Shown here piece by piece: positions 25,511 to 32,000 of a stretch of DNA of 32,000 nt (the first letter of the stretch is position 1; each line of letters opens with the position of its first letter). Both the position numbers and the translations under genes were made by a program. The stretch comes from Sinorhizobium meliloti. Its GTDB lineage: Bacteria > Pseudomonadota > Alphaproteobacteria > Rhizobiales > Rhizobiaceae. The notes beneath the pieces were generated by a model that had not been told where the DNA came from, did not search any database, and worked only from the letters and a program-made list of their open reading frames with translations. The stretch is from the NCBI RefSeq assembly GCF_017876815.1, contig NZ_JAGIOS010000001.1:3510001-3542000 (forward strand), in the 5' to 3' direction.

Positions 25511-26353
25511 TCAGCCCTTGGCGGGGTCAGCCGTCTCGGACGAACTTTCCTGCTCGGAGGCAGCCTCGCGCTCGAGGGCCTCGGCAGCCCTTCGCCTTTC
25601 GACGATTCGCGCCGTGTAGATTGAAATTTCGTAGAGAAGGATGGCTGGCAGCGCAAGGCCGATCTGGGAAACCGGATCCGGCGGCGTCAGAACCGCTGCG
25701 ACCACGAAGGCGATCACGATCGCGTATTTGCGCTTTTCGGCAAGCCCCTGGGAGGTGACGAAGCCGACACGCGCGAGGAGCGTCGTGATGACCGGCAACT
25801 GGAACACCAGACCGAAGGCGAAGACCAGAGACATGATGAGGCTGAGATACTCGGACACCTTCGGCAGGAGCTGGATGGCGACCTGCCCTTCGCCGCCGCC
25901 CTGTTCCATGGCGAGGAAGAACCACATGACCATCGGCGTGAAGAAGAAATAGACCAGCGCGCCGCCAAGCAGGAACAGGAGTGGCGAAGCGACGAGGAAC
26001 GGCAGGAAGGCAGCGCGTTCGTTCTTGTAAAGGCCGGGTGCAACGAACCTGTAGACCTGCGACGCGATGACCGGAAATGCGATCACCAGCGCACCGAACA
26101 TCGCGACTTTGATCTGCGTGAAGAAGAACTCCTGCGGCGCCGTGTAGATGAGCTCGACGTTGCGGTGGCTGAGCCCGGCCCAGCTCACGGCCCACTTGAA
26201 CGGCAGAACAAGAAGGTTGAACAGCTGCTTGGCAAAATAGAAGCAGACGAGGAACGCCACGAAGAATGCGCCCACCGCCCACATCAACCGCGTGCGCAGT
26301 TCGATCAGATGCTCGATAAGCGGCTGCGGCCGGTCCTCGATATCGCGGCTCAT
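25511..26353 (-). CDS. tatC: Twin-arginine translocase subunit TatC
   Basis: 280 aa. [12 protein letters not shown] start and 6-TM pattern. The start overlaps the tatB stop (ATGA). Confidence 0.92.
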
Positions 26354-26997
26354 GCATCACCTTTCTTGCGCGAAGCCGCGCGCGTCTTCGACTTATTCGC
26401 AGCCGGCGCTTCGCCCGGCGCCTTGCGCGCCGGCGACTTCTTCGGCGCCGTTTCGCCCGCGGCCTTCTTCGTGACGGAAGTGCCTGGCTTCTTCGACTGC
26501 GCTCTGGGCTTGGGCGCAGGTTTCGGTTCGCTCGCCTTCGGCACGTCGGCGGCACGGTCCATCTGCCTCGATGCCGAGCTCACCGCTGCCGCCGCCACCT
26601 TTTCCGTGGCTTTTGCCGCCGTTTCGCCGACGGCGTCGGTATTGACCGGTTCGACCAGTGGTTCGGGCGTTGCGGAGGCTGGCGGTCTGTCGGGCGTGGT
26701 CGCCTTTTGCAGATCGGATTTGATCTCGTTTCCGAGCTGCCGCAGCGGGTTCATCGCATCCCGCAATGCCGCGGTCGGATTGAGACTTTGCGCATCGCTG
26801 ATCGTCTTGCGCACGTCGTCGAGATCGGCTTCGCGCAGCGCCTCGTCGAACTGCCGCCGAAAATCGGACGCCATTCCGCGCATCTTGGACGTCATCCGTC
26901 CAAACGCGCGCAGCATCGGCGGCAGGTCCTTCGGACCGACGACGATGATCAAGACGATTGCGATAACAACAAGCTCGGTCCAGCCGATATCAAGCAT
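26350..26997 (-). CDS. tatB: Twin-arginine translocase subunit TatB
   Basis: 215 aa. MLDIGWTELVVIAIVLIIVVGPKDLP N-terminus followed by an amphipathic helix and a low-complexity Ala/Pro/Lys tail. Confidence 0.9.
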   Translation of the reverse strand: MLDIGWTELVVIAIVLIIVVGPKDLPPMLRAFGRMTSKMRGMASDFRRQFDEALREADLDDVRKTISDAQSLNPTAALRDAMNPLRQLGNEIKSDLQKATTPDRPPASATPEPLVEPVNTDAVGETAAKATEKVAAAAVSSASRQMDRAADVPKASEPKPAPKPRAQSKKPGTSVTKKAAGETAPKKSPARKAPGEAPAANKSKTRAASRKKGDA

Positions 26998-27070
26998 CCG
27001 ACGCGCCCTAAAAACCCGTGATGCGGGCTACCGGGTGCCTGTCGCACCCAGCCCCGTCAGCTTCCGACCG

Positions 27071-27277
27071 TCAGCGGACTTCGTCAGATTTGTGGTCGAC
27101 GGTCTTGCCGTCGATCGATTTGTCGGCCGAAGCGACCTCGTCGTCGCCCATGCCCTTCTTGAAGTTCTTGATGCCTTTGGCAACGTCGCCCATCAACTCG
27201 GGGATCTTGCCGCGGCCGAACAGCAGCAGAACCACCGCCAGAACGATCAGCCAATGCCAGATACTAAAGGAACCCAT
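27071..27277 (-). CDS. tatA: Twin-arginine translocase subunit TatA
   Basis: 68 aa from ATG 27277 (GGGAG RBS). [42 protein letters not shown] is canonical TatA. Confidence 0.9.
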   Translation of the reverse strand: MGSFSIWHWLIVLAVVLLLFGRGKIPELMGDVAKGIKNFKKGMGDDEVASADKSIDGKTVDHKSDEVR

Positions 27278-27371
27278 CCACTTACTCCCTCGAGACCCTA
27301 AACAGATTAGAGCCCAGCACGTTGTCATTTTTCAGGCGCACCCCTCAGGGGACGCCTCCTCTTGGCGGACC

Positions 27372-28481
27372 CTAAGGTGTTGATGCGTCTTTTTCAAACA
27401 CCAATATGTCGCGCTCGTTAACGGAAAGCGTGACGTCACGCAATCCTTGCGGCAGCAAATCGGCGCGGATGCGGGCGCGAACCGTGCGTTCGGACTGCGG
27501 CACGGCGAGTTCCAAAAGCTCCACGACGCCCAGGAAGCGCCGGGACACGATGCGCGCCGGAATTTCTCCACCGGTCTCGTCGAGCCGGATGCCGGAAAGA
27601 CGCACGGCTACGCTCAGTGGCTGCCCCTCCGTATATTGCCCGGTTGCCACAACCCCCAGCGGCGTTTCGACATGACCGTCCCGCACGCGCGCATCGAAGA
27701 CGTTTATTTCGGAGAAGAAGCCGGCAGTGAAGAGATCGCAGGGCCGGCGATAGAGCTCGTCCGCCGTGCCGACCTGCACCAGGCGGCCGTCCTTCAGGAG
27801 GGCGATCCGGTCAGCCATACGCATCGCCTCCTCGGCGTCGTGCGTTACGACGATGGCGGTCGCGCGCGTCTCGCGCAGTATGGCCAGCGTGTCGGCGCGG
27901 ATAGAATCCTTCAGGCGGGAATCGAGGCCGGAAAAAGGCTCGTCCATCAGCAGCACCGCCGGCCGCGGCGCAAGTGCACGGGCCAGCGCCACGCGCTGCT
28001 GCTCGCCGCCGGAGAGCACATGCGGATACCGCTCGGCATAATGCAGAAGGCCGACCCGCTCCAGCGCGGCATCGGCCTGCAGCAATGCCTTCTTCTTCGG
28101 CAATTCGGTCAAGCCGAAACAGACGTTCTCACGGATGGTCATATGAGGAAAAAGGGCGAAGTCCTGGAACATCAGGCCGACGCCGCGTTGCTCGGGCGGA
28201 ACGAAGATGGAAGGGCCGGATATTTCCTGTCCGTTCAGCAGAAGGCGCCCGCCCGTCTGCTTCTCGATGCCCGCGGCGATACGCAACAGCGTTGTCTTGC
28301 CGGAGCCGGACGGTCCGAGCAGGCAGAGCACTTCGCCGGCTTCGGCCTTGAGCGTTACGCCCTTGATCGTATCCTTGGAATGGTAACGATGGCTGATATT
28401 CTCGAATGCCAGGTTCGCTGCGAACGACACACCCGAGCGCCTCGTCATCGCGACGGCGCCGTTACGCGCATCTGAAACCAT
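27372..28481 (-). CDS. ABC transporter ATP-binding protein (PotA/FbpC-like, with C-terminal TOBE-like domain)
   Basis: 369 aa. GAGGA RBS. Walker A GPSGSGKT, signature LSGGEQQR, Walker B LLMDEPFS, H-loop VTHD. No permease or binding-protein gene lies within the window. Confidence 0.85.
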   Translation of the reverse strand: MVSDARNGAVAMTRRSGVSFAANLAFENISHRYHSKDTIKGVTLKAEAGEVLCLLGPSGSGKTTLLRIAAGIEKQTGGRLLLNGQEISGPSIFVPPEQRGVGLMFQDFALFPHMTIRENVCFGLTELPKKKALLQADAALERVGLLHYAERYPHVLSGGEQQRVALARALAPRPAVLLMDEPFSGLDSRLKDSIRADTLAILRETRATAIVVTHDAEEAMRMADRIALLKDGRLVQVGTADELYRRPCDLFTAGFFSEINVFDARVRDGHVETPLGVVATGQYTEGQPLSVAVRLSGIRLDETGGEIPARIVSRRFLGVVELLELAVPQSERTVRARIRADLLPQGLRDVTLSVNERDILVFEKDASTP

Positions 28482-28545
28482 GCTTGCATTCCTCGACCCG
28501 AAGATCCCGTTCTATACCTAAAGCCGATATCCATACTCAGGATTT

Positions 28546-29265
28546 TTAATCGTCTTCTTCAGGCTTCGGTGTCAAGAGGCCCAGTTCTTCGAGGTCCATC
28601 TGGGTGATGGGATCCTCGTTTTCGGCAAACTCATCGTCGCCGATCGGAACCGGAATGTTCAGATGGGAAGGGACACGCCCGGACAGCAGGCCGGCCCCCT
28701 TCAGTTCCTCGATGCCGGGAAGATCGCGGATCTCTTCGAGGCCGAAATGATCGAGGAAGTCTCTCGTCGTGCCGAACGTCACCGGACGCCCGGGCGTGCG
28801 CCTGCGACCGCGGAACCGCACCCATCCTGCCTCCATGAGCACGTCGAGGGTACCCTTCGAAGTCTGGACGCCGCGGATATCCTCGATCTCTGCCCGTGTC
28901 ACCGGCTGGTGATAGGCGATGATCGCCAGCACCTCCAGCGCCGCGCGCGACAGTTTGCGGACCTCCTGCTCGTCCGTATTGACGACGAAGGACAGATCCG
29001 CGGCAGTGCGGAAGGCCCAATGGTCGGCGACCTGAACAAGGTTGACGCCGCTGCCCGCATAACGGTTCTTGAGCCTCGCCATCACGCTTCCGACGTCCAC
29101 ACCGCGCGGCAGGCGCCCGGCGATATAGGCTTCTGAAACCGGTTGGGCGGAGGCAAATACGAGGGCCTCGGCGATCCGCTCGGCTTCCTGCTCGAGCCTC
29201 GGATCGAAAGAAAATTCTTCCTCGTAATCCTCGTCACCGGGCAGGAATTTCTGGGCTTCAGCCAC
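28546..29265 (-). CDS. scpB: Segregation and condensation protein B
   Basis: About 239 aa from GTG 29265, which overlaps the scpA stop (GTGGCTGA). ScpB winged-helix blocks (IAEALVFASAQPVS, LSRAALEVLAIIAYHQPVTRAEIEDIRGV). The track N-extension is Arg/Trp-rich out-of-frame scpA sequence. Confidence 0.82.
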   Translation of the reverse strand: MAEAQKFLPGDEDYEEEFSFDPRLEQEAERIAEALVFASAQPVSEAYIAGRLPRGVDVGSVMARLKNRYAGSGVNLVQVADHWAFRTAADLSFVVNTDEQEVRKLSRAALEVLAIIAYHQPVTRAEIEDIRGVQTSKGTLDVLMEAGWVRFRGRRRTPGRPVTFGTTRDFLDHFGLEEIRDLPGIEELKGAGLLSGRVPSHLNIPVPIGDDEFAENEDPITQMDLEELGLLTPKPEEDD

Positions 29266-30124
29266 GCGCCGCCTCCATCTCCGCCAAGGTTGCCGCATCG
29301 AACGGATTTGGCCCGCGCCGCAGATAGATCGGCGTGAAGGCCCCTTCCTGACGGATTTCCAACCGCCCTTCGCGCACCATTTCGAGTGACGCCGCAAAGG
29401 AGCTCGCAATCGCCGTCGCGCGCTCCTTCGGGCTTGTCATGTAGCGGATCAGGAAATGGTCGAGCGCCGTCCAGTCGTCAAGGCTCCCGACCATTCTCGC
29501 CAGGATCAAACGCGCATCGCCGAGCGACCAGACATGCCGCTTCTCGATCGTCACCTGGGTTATCGCCTGACGCTGCCTGAGCGTCGCATAAGCTGTCAGC
29601 AGGTCGTAGAGCGAGGCGTCATAATCGGACTTCCTCTCCGTGACGATGTGCTCGGGCGCACCGCGCACGAAGATGTCCCGGCCGAGGCGGTTCCTGTTCA
29701 CGAGTTTCATCGCGGCGTCGCGCATCGCCTCCAGACGTTTCAGGCGGAACGCAAGCGCCGAGGCCATCTCCTCGCCCGATGGGCCTTCATCCTTTGCCGG
29801 CTGAGGGATGAGCAGGCGCGACTTGAGATAGGCCAGCCACGCCGCCATGACGAGATAGTCGGCTGCAAGCTCAATACGGATAGACCGTGCCCGCTCGACG
29901 AAGGCGATATATTGTTCCGCGAGCGCCAGCACCGAAATGCGGGAAAGATCGACGCGCTGGCTGCGCGCAAGGTGCAGCAGGAGGTCCAGCGGACCTTCGA
30001 AGCCGGCGATGTCAACGACGAGCTCGTCCTCGTGCAATCCGCGACGGGCAGACTCGTCCTGCCACAAAGGCTCCATCGGCGCCTTCGCGGAAGGCATTTC
30101 CTGCCTTTCGTCCGATTTGCTCAC
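29258..30124 (-). CDS. scpA: Segregation and condensation protein A (kleisin)
   Basis: 288 aa. FEGPLDLLLHLARSQRVDLSRISVLALAEQY is the ScpA N-terminal signature. Confidence 0.88.
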   Translation of the reverse strand: MSKSDERQEMPSAKAPMEPLWQDESARRGLHEDELVVDIAGFEGPLDLLLHLARSQRVDLSRISVLALAEQYIAFVERARSIRIELAADYLVMAAWLAYLKSRLLIPQPAKDEGPSGEEMASALAFRLKRLEAMRDAAMKLVNRNRLGRDIFVRGAPEHIVTERKSDYDASLYDLLTAYATLRQRQAITQVTIEKRHVWSLGDARLILARMVGSLDDWTALDHFLIRYMTSPKERATAIASSFAASLEMVREGRLEIRQEGAFTPIYLRRGPNPFDAATLAEMEAARG

Positions 30125-30169
30125 GACCCTGCCCTTTCAGCAACGGACCCGCCCGCCAGGCTCAAGAGC

Positions 30170-31204
30170 CTAGGCGAGCGCAAACATTGCGTTGAACTCC
30201 GCGCGCAGTGCAGCTTCGACTGCGTCGTCCGGTTCCCGGAAAGCGGCCTCGGCAGCCCTCGCCCGGCGGAGCCTCTCCCCGGAGAGAACCGGAACGACAT
30301 CTGCCACGGCCTTCATTTCTTCCATAATGCCGTGACAATGCAAGACGAGATCAAGACCGGCGGCGATTATTCCGCCGGCACGTGCCGTCATGTCGCCGGC
30401 AAGCGCATTCATGGAGACGTCATCGGACATCAGCAGACCGTCGAAGCCGATGTGGCCCCGGATGATCTCGCGCACGACTTTCGCAGAGGTCGTCGCCGGG
30501 TTGTCCGGGTCGATAGCAGTGAAGACCATGTGCGCCGACATGGCCATCGCTTCGTCCTTCATTGCCGCGAAGGGCAGAAAATCGCTGCTCTTCAATTCAT
30601 CGAGACCGGCGCTGACGACCGGCAGGTTGTGATGCGAGTCGACGAAGGTCCGGCCGTGACCGGGCATGTGCTTCATCACCGGCAGCATGCCGCCCGCCTT
30701 CAAACCTTCGCTCATCGCGCGACCGATCGCGGTTACCGTCGCCGGGTCATGCCCGTAGGCACGATTGCCGATCACGTCATGGCTGCCGGGTACCGGCACA
30801 TCGAGTACCGGCAGGCAATCGACCGTAATGCCGAAGCGCATCAGGTCGAAGGCATGCAGACGCCCCATGAGCCATGCGGCACGCAGGCCGAGTTCCCTGT
30901 CCCGCCGATAGATTTCACCGATGGCCGCGCCGTTCGGATATTGCTGCACGAGCGGCGGGCGTATGCGCTGAACGCGACCGCCCTCCTGATCGATCAATAC
31001 CGGGGCCCGGGGGCTGCCGATGCTGTCACGCAGGCTCGCCACCAGGTCGCGGATCTGCTCTTCCTCGCCGATATTGCGTCCGAACAGTATGAAGCCCCAT
31101 GGGCGCTCGCCCGCAAAGAAGTCGCGTTCTTCCTGCGTCAGCGTGAGGCCCTTGCAGCCGGATATGAATGCTTTTGATTCGCTCATGCGAAAAGCATACT
31201 GCAT
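30170..31204 (-). CDS. nagZ: Beta-N-acetylhexosaminidase (GH3, peptidoglycan recycling)
   Basis: LIDQEGGRVQR and KHMPGHG motifs. The start is ambiguous (ATG 31204 or ATG 31186), and neither has a strong SD. Confidence 0.85.
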   Translation of the reverse strand: MQYAFRMSESKAFISGCKGLTLTQEERDFFAGERPWGFILFGRNIGEEEQIRDLVASLRDSIGSPRAPVLIDQEGGRVQRIRPPLVQQYPNGAAIGEIYRRDRELGLRAAWLMGRLHAFDLMRFGITVDCLPVLDVPVPGSHDVIGNRAYGHDPATVTAIGRAMSEGLKAGGMLPVMKHMPGHGRTFVDSHHNLPVVSAGLDELKSSDFLPFAAMKDEAMAMSAHMVFTAIDPDNPATTSAKVVREIIRGHIGFDGLLMSDDVSMNALAGDMTARAGGIIAAGLDLVLHCHGIMEEMKAVADVVPVLSGERLRRARAAEAAFREPDDAVEAALRAEFNAMFALA

Positions 31205-31266
31205 GTTTCCCGGAGCGGGAAAAGTGTGTGCGGTTTCCGCTCACTTCCCGCTCCAGCCCTTTGCAC

Positions 31267-31308
31267 AACGAGAACGGGCGCGGCATCCCTGCCGCGCCCG
31301 TTCTCGTT
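31267..31308. other. Perfect 18-bp inverted repeat between the SPOR gene and nagZ
   Basis: AACGAGAACGGGCGCGGC-ATCCCT-GCCGCGCCCGTTCTCGTT, 17 nt after the SPOR gene stop. There is no U-run on the minus strand, so it is not a classical terminator. Confidence 0.6.
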
Positions 31309-31324
31309 TCGGACTTTGCCGTGT

Positions 31325-32000
31325 TTATTTCGTTACCAGGCAGCTTCCGCCGGCGCTTTTGTAGCGAGAGCAAAGCGAATTGGCCTCCTCGCGCGAACCG
31401 ACGGGGATCCTGACCCGGTAATACGTGCCCTTGCCGGCGATCTCTGCCTTGCGGATGTCCACCCCGCGACCGCCGATCACGCTCGCGAACTTCGAGGAGA
31501 GATTGTTGTAGCTCTTCTGCGCCTCGGCCTCCGAAGGCAGAGAGGCAATCTGGATCACGTAGCTGCCGGCGGGAACCGAAGCCGTCGCCAGCGGTGCGGC
31601 TGCCGTTTCGGTTGCCGGCTGGCTTTCCGCGGGGGCCGCGGCGGGAGCAGCCGCCTCCGGCTGAGCGGCCGGGCGTGCCTGCGGCAGCGCGGTCGTCTTT
31701 ACGCTTCGAACGGGAGTGACTCCTTCGGACGCTGCAGCGAGCTGATCCGGCGGCGCGGCAGCGGTTGCTTCGGCTTGTGAACCGGCGGCAACCGCTTCAC
31801 CGGACGCACGGGCCGGGATCGGCGCCGCACCGCCGGCTGCTACCGCCGCGCTTTCCGGTTGCGGAGCCGGTTCCTCACGGGGGACAAGCGTACCGTCCGG
31901 CTTGACGATCATGGTGCGGACCTTGCGCGGTGCAACGGCGGGAACCGCTTCCTCTTCATCAGTCGCATTGCCGGCATCAGCCCCCGGCAGCAAGCGGGCG
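31325..32000 (-). CDS. SPOR domain-containing protein (C-terminal part; the 5' end lies beyond the window)
   Basis: C-terminal SPOR fold pattern (YVIQIASLPSEAEAQKSYNNLSSKF..GKGTYYRVRIPVGSREEANSLCSRYKSAGGSCLV) preceded by a low-complexity Ala/Pro region. The frame stays open to the window edge. Confidence 0.8.
   Translation of the reverse strand, partial: ARLLPGADAGNATDEEEAVPAVAPRKVRTMIVKPDGTLVPREEPAPQPESAAVAAGGAAPIPARASGEAVAAGSQAEATAAAPPDQLAAASEGVTPVRSVKTTALPQARPAAQPEAAAPAAAPAESQPATETAAAPLATASVPAGSYVIQIASLPSEAEAQKSYNNLSSKFASVIGGRGVDIRKAEIAGKGTYYRVRIPVGSREEANSLCSRYKSAGGSCLVTK

Noticed and set aside
25375-25656. N-terminal extension of serS to 521 aa (track start 25656), and the alternate-frame ORF 25527..26555 over tatC.
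   Set aside because: The extension is Arg/Pro/Ser-rich and overlaps the tatC 3' end. Canonical SerS begins at [10 protein letters not shown] (25374). The tatC frame has the membrane-protein pattern and the alternate frame does not.
29456-31177. 573-aa ORF spanning the antisense of scpA and nagZ.
   Set aside because: It crosses an intergenic gap of two well-supported genes and has an Arg/His-rich composition, so it is an artefact of high GC content.

Overview
High-GC alphaproteobacterial core chromosome. Gene order and RNA families point to Rhizobiaceae, Sinorhizobium/Ensifer-like; this is inferred by eye, with no database search. The coding content is mostly housekeeping. On the + strand: a tandem glycine riboswitch followed by gcvT-gcvH-gcvP, two DUF1127 mini-proteins, trmFO and a DUF815 ATPase. 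On the - strand: tig, tRNA-Leu(UAG), a yajC-secDF-Mth938-SQS/PSY cluster, a LysM/M23 lipoprotein, and the long run SPOR-nagZ-scpA-scpB-ABC ATPase-tatABC-serS-surE-pcm. A YcnI-PCu(A)C copper-chaperone fusion plus a small Cys/His secreted protein lie divergent to gcv. The unusual material is small or non-coding. (1) At 151-1225 there is an array of six tandem 18/19-nt palindromic units abutting three paralogous micro-lipoprotein genes of about 40 aa. These genes are missed by the ORF track and sit in a patchwork that includes a decayed copy of the PCu(A)C gene 3' end. (2) At 10.5-12.2 kb there are two tandem sRNAs, each with three CCUCCUCCC loops (cuckoo/alpha-r14, NfeR1-like). They lie upstream of two DUF1127 genes and share promoter-proximal motifs with them. 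(3) A ~187-bp three-hairpin repeat occurs twice in inverted orientation, bracketing 10.4 kb. (4) A palindrome-rich gcvP/tig spacer has its own minus-strand terminator and is a candidate sRNA or RIME-like element. I saw no CRISPR array, transposase, integrase or obvious defence system. RNA ends and promoters are estimates, and the long antisense ORFs typical of high-GC DNA were discarded.
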